A DNA stretch of 40,204 nucleotides from a virus (IMGVR_UViG_3300008255_000228:1-40204), one strand, 5' to 3'; numbered from the stretch's first letter, positions 28,896 through 38,169 are shown. Program-made: numbers and translations. The notes: generated from the letters alone by a model not told the origin.

Positions 28896-29782
28896 TTCTC
28901 CTCCCACGGAATCTGACATTTTGTCATTGGATGATTTTTAGATAAAAGAACTCTTCTTATTTCTTTCTCAGTGTCATAAGTTATGTCTTCGTGGCCACCA
29001 TCCATTATTCTATGAGAATCATATGGGCACCCTGTAACAGCACCATTAGGCCATACATGAACCTTACTAATACCAGCGCCACACAACCTTCCAGTAGTTG
29101 CTCTATTCTTAGCATCAACAATACAGTGATCTAACTTAACTTTTGCTCTTTCTGTTTTATACTTAGCTGTTAGCCAAACTGACAAAAGATTGTCTAAATA
29201 TTCTTGGCTTTGAGCTTCGCCTAGTGGAGCTTTGTGATAGACAAAATAAGCATGATCTGCATATCTCAATCCCATCTCAAATTGCTTGCTGTTCACAAGA
29301 TCCTTCTTGGTAACTAATCTGTTATAATTGATTAGTGTTCTAGCAGCCTCAGCTTCCTCTCTAAGCTCGTCACAAAGCTTACCAAGAGAGGGAAAGTTAG
29401 AGAGCGAAACCATTGTTACAGGCTTCAGGAAGGCCCTTAGAGTAGGGTATGCTAGTTTGACCTGCCATCTGTTTAGATCAACAGGAGTATGGGCCGTTAC
29501 ACATAACTCTATTTCTTCGTCTGCGCATTTTTCAAAAGCCACCTTAATGGCTTCGATTAGCTCATGGGGTACATGATACATAGTATCAAGAGCTATTGTA
29601 AGTTGTGTGGTTCTAACGGTTTTAGTCTCAAATAAAGCAGTTAAAAGGGAAGTGTTAATTCCCTTGTAACTTGCCGACTCTGATTCTCTAACATAACATC
29701 CCTTGCAATTACTCATACAAGCAAATGTCGGTTGCCACATAATATGGTCTAGTGAGATAGTGGTATCTGAAATTGTATTCAT
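28892..29782 (-). CDS. radical SAM protein with SPASM/twitch-like C-terminus
   Basis: CMSNCKGC (CxxxCxxC) and CGAG...PNGAVTGCP. Confidence 0.75.
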   Translation of the reverse strand: MNTISDTTISLDHIMWQPTFACMSNCKGCYVRESESASYKGINTSLLTALFETKTVRTTQLTIALDTMYHVPHELIEAIKVAFEKCADEEIELCVTAHTPVDLNRWQVKLAYPTLRAFLKPVTMVSLSNFPSLGKLCDELREEAEAARTLINYNRLVTKKDLVNSKQFEMGLRYADHAYFVYHKAPLGEAQSQEYLDNLLSVWLTAKYKTERAKVKLDHCIVDAKNRATTGRLCGAGISKVHVWPNGAVTGCPYDSHRIMDGGHEDITYDTEKEIRRVLLSKNHPMTKCQIPWEEK

Positions 29783-29784
29783 AA

Positions 29785-31434
29785 TTATTCCAGATTCGTG
29801 ATACCGTTAATACGGTCTTTCCCAGCACTATCTTGTTTAAACTTAGCTTCTGCCTTAGAAGAAGCATATCTTGCACGATGTCTAGCCCATCCACGAATCT
29901 CTTCAATCTTCTCAGACATGACTTTAGCAATAGGCTTAGTTGCTACAATGGCATCAATCAGATCTTCGCTTGTTAGCTCTTTTTTTCCTGTTTGAAAAGC
30001 TCTAGCAATAGATTCTGTAACCGCCTTTTCAATCTCTGACCCTGTAAACATATTCGTTAGTTCGATGATCTTGTCCAAGTTAAGATTCAGTTTAGCAATA
30101 TCTCTCTTTCGTTTAGCAAGATGGATCTTTAAAATTTCCTCTCTCTCGCTAGCAACTGGCAAATCAACAAAGAATACTTCGTTAAATCTTCGGATAAGCT
30201 CAGGAGGTAGAGCCTGAATGTCGTTTGCTGTTGCAATCGTAACAACGCCCTTCATTCTCTCTTCCATTGCAGTTAGCAGTGTTCCAAACACACGAGATAG
30301 AGTGCCACCATCGGAGAAGTTTGAAGACTTAGTTCCAGATAGAGATTTCTCAATCTCATCAATCCATAGAATACATGGAGAAATTGCTTCAACTTGCGAA
30401 ATAACTTGACGCATCTTCTCCTCGCTACCTCCCACGAGACCACTCATTACCTTACCAACATCCAGTCTCAATAGAGGCAAGGACCAAGTAGATGCAATAG
30501 CTTTAGCTAACAAGCTCTTGCCTGTGCCGGGCACTCCTGTTAAAAGAACACCTCGTAGTGGTTCGACACCAAACGCCTTAGCCTCATCACTGAATTGATT
30601 AGAATATGTGATAAAATAACCTTTTGCTGAATCCAGACCGCCAACATCTGACATATCGGGACGAGTACCGATATATTCTAGAATGCCACCGCGTTCAATA
30701 ATCTGACGTTTTTCCTGCAATAACTGCTGAACATCAAGTCGAAGCAAATGGCGAAGACAAGTAAGAGCAGTGTTGTTGATTTCTGTTTCGGTCAGACCCT
30801 GAAGAGCCATCGCGAACTTTTGCAACTCCTCCTTCGTGTAATCTAGCTTACTTTTAAGCTTTTTACCTTTGTTGTTTTCCTTAAGAGATTCTAGGGTAAA
30901 CTCAAGGTATTCGTAGATGTTCTCATAACTAGGAAGTTCGAAGTCGATCACAGAGATCTCTTTTTCAAGAGTGGGATCGAGCCCAGATTTATTGCCAGCG
31001 GGACCATGTGCAAGCATAGGTGCTACAATAAGAACAACCTTTTGATCAAGAGACTTAATGATTTGTCCATAGAGATCACGCAGTCTTCTTGGAACAGGAG
31101 GTGTTAGAACTGTATGGAAATCCTTAAGAATAAAGATATAACCATTACTTTTACTAGAATCTTTGTGATTAGCAATAAAATCTAGAGCGGCTAATGGTTG
31201 TTGAGTACCTTTGATTGGTTCAATTTTTGCTCCTGGATTGAACTCAACGATACCAAAAGAAGTACTCCATGTAAAAAGTTTCATATTCTTTGGTTGAGCA
31301 AGTCGATCATAAACATCGTTGATGAATCGAGACTCTTCGTAAGTCTTACACCAGGCAAAGGGAACTCTCGCCTTGATTAAGGCGTCTAGGTGGTCAATTG
31401 AATTCTTATACCCAATCGCTGTTTTCTCTGACAT
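29785..31434 (-). CDS. AAA+ ATPase (Ycf46-like)
   Basis: DVGGL, GVPGTGKS, WIDEIEK, TAN..LPPEL, FFVDLP; degenerate N-terminal ATPase domain (LKDFH). Confidence 0.88.
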   Translation of the reverse strand: MSEKTAIGYKNSIDHLDALIKARVPFAWCKTYEESRFINDVYDRLAQPKNMKLFTWSTSFGIVEFNPGAKIEPIKGTQQPLAALDFIANHKDSSKSNGYIFILKDFHTVLTPPVPRRLRDLYGQIIKSLDQKVVLIVAPMLAHGPAGNKSGLDPTLEKEISVIDFELPSYENIYEYLEFTLESLKENNKGKKLKSKLDYTKEELQKFAMALQGLTETEINNTALTCLRHLLRLDVQQLLQEKRQIIERGGILEYIGTRPDMSDVGGLDSAKGYFITYSNQFSDEAKAFGVEPLRGVLLTGVPGTGKSLLAKAIASTWSLPLLRLDVGKVMSGLVGGSEEKMRQVISQVEAISPCILWIDEIEKSLSGTKSSNFSDGGTLSRVFGTLLTAMEERMKGVVTIATANDIQALPPELIRRFNEVFFVDLPVASEREEILKIHLAKRKRDIAKLNLNLDKIIELTNMFTGSEIEKAVTESIARAFQTGKKELTSEDLIDAIVATKPIAKVMSEKIEEIRGWARHRARYASSKAEAKFKQDSAGKDRINGITNLE

Positions 31435-31497
31435 TTCTTTCTCCTATCTAGTTGAATGAGTTTTAACAAAACGAATCTAACAAGTTCTTCAAACATG

Positions 31498-32112
31498 TTA
31501 ACTAACATTAGTTTTAGTAGCTGAAGCAACAATTTGCACCTCTGAAATACCAAGAATATCTTGTGCTATTCGGATGGCGCAAAGTTCGGAAAAGGAGATT
31601 GCGAAGTCTGCTAGCTCAACCGTTTGAGTTCCATCCTCGTTGATTTCAACTAGCTTACCATTCTTAGCTTTCAGTACATAGCTTTTTTTATCTAACTCTG
31701 AAATAAAATTCCTTAATTCTATCAGCTGTTTAGGTGAAAAATCAGGTAAGTCAGAGTCTTTCATTACCTTAACTTTTGTTACCAGTTTTTCTTTAATTTT
31801 CTCTATTTTATCTCTGTAGGAAATTAATAGTTCAGATGTTTCTTTTCTTCTTTCTACATTCTCTTTTACCTTTGCAAGGTCTTTTAAGGACGGAAGTTTT
31901 ACAATATTTAAATCAGGACTCTGTAAAGATTTAGAATTTACTTCTCCGAATGTGAATATGATTTTTCCTGATTTGACGTAGTCTTCTAATTGATGAGAGC
32001 TAGGACTAATTAGATCAAATTCTTGTTCAGTTAATTTTAACCATTTTCTAGCTGTTTGAATTGAATCTTTATCGCTCTCTTCTTTAGGTAGGATCGCGAT
32101 TACGAGGGCCAT
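31498..32112 (-). CDS. hypothetical protein
   Basis: AGGAG RBS. Confidence 0.7.
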   Translation of the reverse strand: MALVIAILPKEESDKDSIQTARKWLKLTEQEFDLISPSSHQLEDYVKSGKIIFTFGEVNSKSLQSPDLNIVKLPSLKDLAKVKENVERRKETSELLISYRDKIEKIKEKLVTKVKVMKDSDLPDFSPKQLIELRNFISELDKKSYVLKAKNGKLVEINEDGTQTVELADFAISFSELCAIRIAQDILGISEVQIVASATKTNVS

Positions 32113-32120
32113 TAATTCTC

Positions 32121-32738
32121 CTAGTTAGATGCAGCGCTTTTTTTCTTAATGCTTTTTAAGATCTTCTGTACTGCCTCATCTACTTTCTGTCGATTTTCGA
32201 CATCTGCAACCGACTCCAGAACTTCTTCGTATTCTGTTTTGCTAATTTCTCCCTGGCTAAGTAGCTGAGCTAATGCCATGGTAAGGCTGCCCGTAGTCAA
32301 ATATATTGGAGCAATCTTATTTGCTAGTTCCTGAAGCCTTAGTTCCTCGGCTACTTTTTTCTGTTCTTCTTCTCCAGCATCTTCGGTAATAAACTTACTG
32401 TCTAGTGTTAACAAAGCGTCACGAACTGAATATCCAAGAAGAAACATTCTGGTCATATCAATATGAGCAGTTGAATTAGATAAAAACTCTAAGATATCAG
32501 ATTCCCTGTTTAGAAAATAAATGAATCCAGTTAGAGCTAGGTCAAGAAAAAGAGGATAGTTTTTAAATAGATCAGAAGATTCATCTTCAAGTTGTTCTGA
32601 AACAAGAGTATTAACCTTTTTGATTAACTCACGAGCAGAATACTTTTCTCCCTTAGAATTAACAAGAAGAGTGGTAAATGCTTTTCTTGTTCTAGTGTCT
32701 ACAGGTTTAACAGCTTCAAGTAGCTTTTCAATATCCAT
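32121..32738 (-). CDS. hypothetical helical protein
   Basis: AGGAG RBS. Confidence 0.7.
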   Translation of the reverse strand: MDIEKLLEAVKPVDTRTRKAFTTLLVNSKGEKYSARELIKKVNTLVSEQLEDESSDLFKNYPLFLDLALTGFIYFLNRESDILEFLSNSTAHIDMTRMFLLGYSVRDALLTLDSKFITEDAGEEEQKKVAEELRLQELANKIAPIYLTTGSLTMALAQLLSQGEISKTEYEEVLESVADVENRQKVDEAVQKILKSIKKKSAASN

Positions 32739-32747
32739 TATCTTCTC

Positions 32748-33086
32748 CTATTCTTCTGTCTTTCTTTCTTTGGTTGGCATTTGAGATAGAGGTTCAACCC
32801 ATCTCCACTTAGTGTCAATGTTCATAATGATACTACCTTTTTCTGTTTTAAATCCTTTTACCTCTGACAATCTTATATACAAACCTTTCATTGGTTTAAA
32901 GGTTTTAACAGCCTCTTCAACATCCTTATGAGGAACCTGAACAGAAATGCGTACCCATTGTTTTCCATCTTCTATGTAAGGATCCTTAGTTATCATTGGA
33001 AAAGAAAAATATTGTCCATTACTATAGGGGCGCATTGTTATCTCTGCGCCAGGAGCTATAAGTCCAATGCCATGTGATGTAAACAT
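32748..33086 (-). CDS. putative SSB/PriB-like OB-fold protein
   Basis: Strand and helix spacing resembles SSB (IG....E.R...NG...F.......QW.....); no acidic tail. Confidence 0.4.
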   Translation of the reverse strand: MFTSHGIGLIAPGAEITMRPYSNGQYFSFPMITKDPYIEDGKQWVRISVQVPHKDVEEAVKTFKPMKGLYIRLSEVKGFKTEKGSIIMNIDTKWRWVEPLSQMPTKERKTEE

Positions 33087-33095
33087 ATTGTTTCT

Positions 33096-33584
33096 CTATT
33101 CATAATCAACTGTGGTTTTATCACTCTCGTGAAAATGGATTGGGTTGGGTTGATTATCTAAACCAGATATTAAAATAGATGCAGTTGGGTTCATAAAAGC
33201 AATTGCATAAGTAACCTTATTTACAATCACTGCTGAAGTAATACCTTCTACATCAAAACCAGCTTTGTATTCAAAGCTTGTTATTAAGGTTAGTGCACGG
33301 TCTTTTTTGTCTGCTCTGTAGATATCGATACTGTAAGAAACACAATCTGTTCCTTCCATTTCTCTACCTTTTACATAAGCAACAAAATCATAAAGGAATA
33401 CATCTTTCTTTTCTACCTTGGCAATAGTTTTTTCTTTATGATCCTTAAGTCCACTGTTTAAAAGAAGGTCTAGTTTTGTGCTAAATACATCAAATCGACT
33501 AATCAATTCTTCAATTTTTTCCACCGCTTCTGTTAACTTAAAAGTACAGTCAGTAGAAAACGAAGGCTTTAAGTCGTCGCCCAT
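33096..33584 (-). CDS. hypothetical protein
   Basis: Start re-called at ATG 33584, immediately after the upstream stop. Confidence 0.65.
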   Translation of the reverse strand: MGDDLKPSFSTDCTFKLTEAVEKIEELISRFDVFSTKLDLLLNSGLKDHKEKTIAKVEKKDVFLYDFVAYVKGREMEGTDCVSYSIDIYRADKKDRALTLITSFEYKAGFDVEGITSAVIVNKVTYAIAFMNPTASILISGLDNQPNPIHFHESDKTTVDYE

Positions 33585-33585
33585 T

Positions 33586-34146
33586 TTACCAACCCAATGC
33601 TTTTGGAATCTCATGCCTTAAACACACACCCAGCATAAGTGTTTCTGCACCAGAAAGGGGAACGGTATGGCTACGAAAGGTTCCATCTGGAGACTTTTCT
33701 GTGGCATTCAATATAACTCCTGCTCTATGTCCTTGTGGTGAACTAATATTTAATACCTTATGAATCTTGCCCTTGCTTTCGGTACCTGCGCCTGGGTCAT
33801 GAACCAATTTCATTTCCGGTTGTTGACCTTGAATCACAGTTAGCATCTGAGCCATGTCTGTAACAGAAAGAGCAACAGTGATTTTCTGTTCCCAGTCGTA
33901 AATATTCTTTCCGGTAGCAGAGGTAATGGTTAGAAATAAACATCCCTCTCTGGAAACAAGATCCTCTGGCTTTAGATTTGGATTATCTTGTAGCCATGAA
34001 GATGGAATCCACTTACCTTCATAGTTCTTTAGTTTTGTGCCAGCAACATAATAGTGTGGTGGCTGTACATTAAATTGAACTGCACCATGCTTGCCGCCCA
34101 TTCCCTTATAAAATGCCAATTGCAGGGGTCTAATACCGTTACTCAT
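33586..34146 (-). CDS. Whirly-family ssDNA-binding protein
   Basis: YKG, SREG, YDWEQK..ALSVTD, HDP..G...G...KVL and terminal P.ALGW match plant Whirly motifs as recalled. Confidence 0.75.
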   Translation of the reverse strand: MSNGIRPLQLAFYKGMGGKHGAVQFNVQPPHYYVAGTKLKNYEGKWIPSSWLQDNPNLKPEDLVSREGCLFLTITSATGKNIYDWEQKITVALSVTDMAQMLTVIQGQQPEMKLVHDPGAGTESKGKIHKVLNISSPQGHRAGVILNATEKSPDGTFRSHTVPLSGAETLMLGVCLRHEIPKALGW

Positions 34147-34495
34147 TTTTGTTTCCTCCTAATTCTTCTTCTGTTGTTTTTTGTAGCTTCTGCGCAAGGG
34201 TAGAAACAACTGGCTTTTGAATAAAGCTATCTACCCACGTTGTGATCAAAAGACCTTGCAACATGAAACCTAAATCAATTGTTGGATTTATTCTATACTC
34301 TCTTTCAAGAGTTATCTCATCAGGCTTAGTCTCTAATTGATTGAAACCTCCAATAGAGCTTCCAAGCATATAGCCTAAATTGCCATAAAAATATATTAGT
34401 TCTGGGATGGTTAGTTCAGCCTTATTAATAACCTTACTAACTGAGAGGAGTACTTTTTTAATCTTTTGCTGATCTGCTTCGATTACTTTTGTCAT
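34139..34495 (-). CDS. hypothetical protein
   Basis: AGGA RBS; tiles within the operon. Confidence 0.7.
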   Translation of the reverse strand: MTKVIEADQQKIKKVLLSVSKVINKAELTIPELIYFYGNLGYMLGSSIGGFNQLETKPDEITLEREYRINPTIDLGFMLQGLLITTWVDSFIQKPVVSTLAQKLQKTTEEELGGNKNE

Positions 34496-34655
34496 TATCT
34501 ATCCTAATCTGTGATCCGTAGGTGTATCTTTTACACAAGAAACATAACCTAAGTTGCGCCTCTTGTAAATTACTTTCTTCTATTGGATTTTTGCATCCGC
34601 ATTCGCAGATCCAATAGAAATCTGATTCAAGAATGTGTGAAAATCTAACGTCTAT
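34458..34655 (-). CDS. 65-aa zinc-ribbon protein with a probable ATA start (not in the ORF track)
   Basis: WICECG..LCFLCK frame fills the gap; no in-frame ATG/GTG/TTG near the 5' end. Confidence 0.45.
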   Translation of the reverse strand: MDVRFSHILESDFYWICECGCKNPIEESNLQEAQLRLCFLCKRYTYGSQIRIDNDKSNRSRSAKD

Positions 34656-35749
34656 TCTAGTTCAACTCCCATCAATCTATCTGGAATCTTAAGCTTAGGT
34701 TGATGCTTAATTGTCTTTTGCTTTGCTGTTTTTAACTGTGAAGTTGCAACAGTATTTGTAGTGCCGTTTTCAGATGATTCAAGATTAACGCTTTCTTTTG
34801 TGCTGGCAACCTTCTTTAAATAGGCAGAATATGCCTTTGGAGATAACTTGCCACTTGTGTTTGCTTTTCCTTCGCAACCGGTAGTTCCCCATTGAGAACA
34901 AGCATAAAATTCTCCATAAGTTCCTGAACGCTTAAGCATTTCATGCCCACAAAGAACACAGGTTTTTTTATACGAATTATCCATTTGAGGAATATTGTTT
35001 TTCATTGATAAGTAGTCCTCTACATTTTCTTCAATTAATTTTTGTAAACTAATATTCTTGCCCAAAATAAGATTATTAGTGAAGTTTGGATTGTAACCTA
35101 GTTTTGAATAATATTCACAGAAAGACCAAAGTTCTCCATTTAAAAAATAAAGTATACTAAGAGGCTTTCCTTCTACTAATAAAATAGTGACATAATCAAG
35201 AGGGTTGTAAGCAATTATCTTTGTTAGTTCAGTTTTATGTGGAGAAAAAAGATAGCCGTTATATATATCAAGCGTATCTTTCAAACTAAAAAGCCCACAA
35301 TTCATCATTACATCATCTACTATTTGTCTAATCTCTTTAATTGTTTGCCTTTCTAAAGAATCTTTAAAAATAGGTAATTTTACTAAAGAAGCTGAAGATA
35401 TTGTTTGAGGTTCTACAAATGGAAGCTTCGTAGGTGGATCAAATTTCATAGGCAAATCCGTAGGCATTTTGACATCAAGCAAACCAAAAGACGTTTTTAC
35501 ATTCTGCTGAGCAGGATGGGTCATTTGATATTCAATATCTATGTTTCCATTAGAAAATTCATGTACCACCACCTCAGGCATATATTCTTTCGGAAAAACT
35601 GTCTCTAATTTTTTCTCTATTAGTTTTTTAATTGAAGATTTCGATTGGCCTGTTAATGGTTGATTAAAAAATTGATCTAAGTTTTCTTTTAAATAATCAT
35701 TAATTAACTGTATCTCTGGAGAGATCTTGGTAAAAGGTAGGGTCTTCAT
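34652..35749 (-). CDS. hypothetical protein with a topoisomerase-type C4 zinc finger
   Basis: CVLCGHEMLKRSGTYGEFYACS.W...C; start re-called at ATG 35749 after AAGGA. Confidence 0.7.
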   Translation of the reverse strand: MKTLPFTKISPEIQLINDYLKENLDQFFNQPLTGQSKSSIKKLIEKKLETVFPKEYMPEVVVHEFSNGNIDIEYQMTHPAQQNVKTSFGLLDVKMPTDLPMKFDPPTKLPFVEPQTISSASLVKLPIFKDSLERQTIKEIRQIVDDVMMNCGLFSLKDTLDIYNGYLFSPHKTELTKIIAYNPLDYVTILLVEGKPLSILYFLNGELWSFCEYYSKLGYNPNFTNNLILGKNISLQKLIEENVEDYLSMKNNIPQMDNSYKKTCVLCGHEMLKRSGTYGEFYACSQWGTTGCEGKANTSGKLSPKAYSAYLKKVASTKESVNLESSENGTTNTVATSQLKTAKQKTIKHQPKLKIPDRLMGVELE

Positions 35750-35957
35750 CGTCATATCCTTGACCGGTAATATCAAATTCCCTAGAGATAAAGATGGTAT
35801 CACCGTCTTCGTCTTTTTCTCCTTCGCATTGTGGATTTCCACAAATAACTACCAGACGAGTACCTCCAGTAGAGACATGACCAATAGAAACATTCCAGTG
35901 ATTTTGTTTACACTTGTCGCAATGAACGCTGTACAGTTCTAAAACAGGTTTTTCCAT
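35700..35957 (-). CDS. zinc-ribbon hypothetical protein
   Basis: CDKC..CGNPQC; AGGAG RBS. Confidence 0.65.
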   Translation of the reverse strand: MEKPVLELYSVHCDKCKQNHWNVSIGHVSTGGTRLVVICGNPQCEGEKDEDGDTIFISREFDITGQGYDDEDPTFYQDLSRDTVN

Positions 35958-36017
35958 AAAATTGTGCTCCTACAGGAGCGAAGCAAGAGATTAGATTGTG
36001 ACTATTTATGGAATAGT

Positions 36018-36179
36018 CTATTTACCCTGTCCATCGAAAGGCAGGAAACAAAGAGGACATCGCTCAGGTTCCTCAAAAGGAAGTTTAACAAACTCTCCCT
36101 TACACTCTGAACACATACAAATTTCTACTTCAATTTCTTCCTCTTCTGTTTCTTTGTCTGAATAAAGTTCTTCTTCCAT
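36018..36179 (-). CDS. 53-aa acidic zinc-ribbon protein (not in the ORF track)
   Basis: MEEELYS..CSEC..CPLC..GK*; AGGAG RBS. Confidence 0.65.
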   Translation of the reverse strand: MEEELYSDKETEEEEIEVEICMCSECKGEFVKLPFEEPERCPLCFLPFDGQGK

Positions 36180-36187
36180 GTCTACTC

Positions 36188-36802
36188 CTATTTCTTCACA
36201 TATTTGTCAGGAAGGATATTGTCAATAATACCAAGCTTAAGAGCTTCTTCTGGAGTCATATAGTTATCTTTCGATCCAATTAGTTTAGCTACTACTTGTT
36301 TTTCAGTTTTACAATTAGAATGTTTCTTCCAGAATTCAATAGCCCTCTTGTATTCAATATTGACATGTTTCATTTCTGGTCCCAATTGATGAACATTTCC
36401 TTCTAGTCCATAAAAAGAAGGGAGGTGTGTCATGATGGTTGTATTGGGCATACAGTAGCGCTTACCTGGTGTGCCTGCTGCTAAGATCATAGCTCCCAGA
36501 GAAGCACAGAAGCCAACTCCGTAAGTTCTAACATCTAATCTAATGAAGTCGAGGATGTCGATTAACATCCAGCCTTCAGAAAGATTTCCTCCTGGAGAAT
36601 TAACAAAAACAGTAATATCATTGTCGCCCCAAGACATATCCATATGTTTAAGTATAACATCCTGGGTAATAGTAGTTAAGGTCCCTTCTTCGATACCGCT
36701 GTTAATGTAATAAATTCCATTTGCTCTCATAATCTCCTCAGGAGGAACTCCAATTATTCTTTCCACAGAACGTTCGTCCTGACTGGAGGGTTGATCACAC
36801 AT
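36188..36802 (-). CDS. clpP: ClpP-family protease
   Basis: NSPGG, CASLGA (Ser), MTHLP (His), DNYMTPEEA..GIID (Asp). Confidence 0.88.
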   Translation of the reverse strand: MCDQPSSQDERSVERIIGVPPEEIMRANGIYYINSGIEEGTLTTITQDVILKHMDMSWGDNDITVFVNSPGGNLSEGWMLIDILDFIRLDVRTYGVGFCASLGAMILAAGTPGKRYCMPNTTIMTHLPSFYGLEGNVHQLGPEMKHVNIEYKRAIEFWKKHSNCKTEKQVVAKLIGSKDNYMTPEEALKLGIIDNILPDKYVKK

Positions 36803-36810
36803 GTATGCTC

Positions 36811-37566
36811 CTATTGTTTTTCAAGAAACTTTTGAATTTCAAAAACACTAACTATATTTCCTAAACCATCATACTTTTTCTCTAAAACAAGAATACCAAT
36901 TCCAATATTAATTCTTAGATCTTCAGCGACCATAGAGGAAACAATAGCCACAAGTTCTCCTCTAGTGTTATAAACTCCACCACCAGAAGAGCCTCTGTGA
37001 ATAACGATATCAGTCATATAGAACTTTTTATTGAATGGATTTAAAATATATTTTGAGATAACTCCAGAAGTAATATATTTATCAAAACCTTTAGGGGACG
37101 ATACCGCAAACACTCTCTCTCCAAGAAAAGGATGGCTGTTGGCAATAGAAACAGACACACAACCATTTTTTACAATATGCATTGTTTTTAAAAGAGCTAA
37201 ATCTGCTTTCTCATCAATCTTAATGGCTCTAGCAATCATGAATCCGCCGCTACCCTTTAGAAGAATAGGAGCGTTTGGAATACCAATCATTTTAGATATA
37301 CCATGAACCACATGAGCAGCAGTTAGAAAAAGAGCAGGCTTTTCCGCTTCGCAAGAAATAGCTACAGCCGAAGCCCTAGTACTTTGAAAAACAACAGAAT
37401 ATGTAGCAAGATAAGGATTGCGCAGTTCAGGAACTACATGAGCAGCTAGTGGAACCGATGGTTTAATAGGTCGAAAAGAATTACAACTCATTGTCATAAA
37501 CAGCCAAGAACTCAAGATAAGAAAAATCGAAAAGAAACTTGTTCTGGATGTTTTATGAACTTGCAT
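36811..37566 (-). CDS. exported trypsin-like serine protease (possible lipoprotein)
   Basis: TAAHV, DLALL, GSSGGG triad; hydrophobic leader ending MSC. Confidence 0.85.
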   Translation of the reverse strand: MQVHKTSRTSFFSIFLILSSWLFMTMSCNSFRPIKPSVPLAAHVVPELRNPYLATYSVVFQSTRASAVAISCEAEKPALFLTAAHVVHGISKMIGIPNAPILLKGSGGFMIARAIKIDEKADLALLKTMHIVKNGCVSVSIANSHPFLGERVFAVSSPKGFDKYITSGVISKYILNPFNKKFYMTDIVIHRGSSGGGVYNTRGELVAIVSSMVAEDLRINIGIGILVLEKKYDGLGNIVSVFEIQKFLEKQ

Positions 37567-37590
37567 TATTAAACCTCTCTTCTAAAGACT

Positions 37591-37899
37591 TTACTCCACC
37601 TTACTCGCACTTTGACCAAAAGATTCTTTAACATTTACAATTTTTACTTCCCCAAATAGTCTTTTAAGAGGAAGCTCTTCCCATTCGGCCAATTCTACTT
37701 CTTCTCCCGGTGTATTAAACATATGGTCTTCAGTTTTTCCTTGTTTAATAGAATCAAAATCTGGTAGTGGTGCAAGCTTTGTAAGGTCTACGATATCCAC
37801 CCAGCCATCTTGATCATCAGCAGCAACTGCATTAATTACCTTACCATTAAACAAAATAACAATGTTATCAAATTCTTCATGCTCAGAATCAATATACAT
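37591..37899 (-). CDS. hypothetical protein
   Basis: Start re-called at ATG 37899 after AGGAG. Confidence 0.6.
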   Translation of the reverse strand: MYIDSEHEEFDNIVILFNGKVINAVAADDQDGWVDIVDLTKLAPLPDFDSIKQGKTEDHMFNTPGEEVELAEWEELPLKRLFGEVKIVNVKESFGQSASKVE

Positions 37900-38122
37900 T
37901 AGATCTCCTATCTTTCGTGGATCTTGGTCTAACGACCTTTCCGCAAGTTGAACACTCCATCTCTCTTCTTGCCTCTTGTCCTTTTTCATAGCGAACAAAT
38001 ACTTCTACAAGCGAACCATTGCAATTTCTCTTAGGACATAAGAGAAACCCGCCTAGTTCTTTTTGAAGATAATCTGTAGAGATTGGAATTGGTTGATTAG
38101 TTCTATGTTTGTTGGATGCCAT
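37889..38122 (-). CDS. zinc-ribbon hypothetical protein
   Basis: CPKRNC..CSTCG. Confidence 0.6.
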   Translation of the reverse strand: MASNKHRTNQPIPISTDYLQKELGGFLLCPKRNCNGSLVEVFVRYEKGQEARREMECSTCGKVVRPRSTKDRRSNVY

Positions 38123-38169
38123 TAAAAACTCGCTAGAACAGGAATGTAATCCATGTTACTAGTAAACCC

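Noticed and set aside
131-37306. Short antisense or nested ORFs in the track (e.g. 131-328, 1754-2014, 14597-14836, 24648-24932, 37031-37306)
   Set aside because: They lie inside well-supported genes on the opposite strand and show no motifs.
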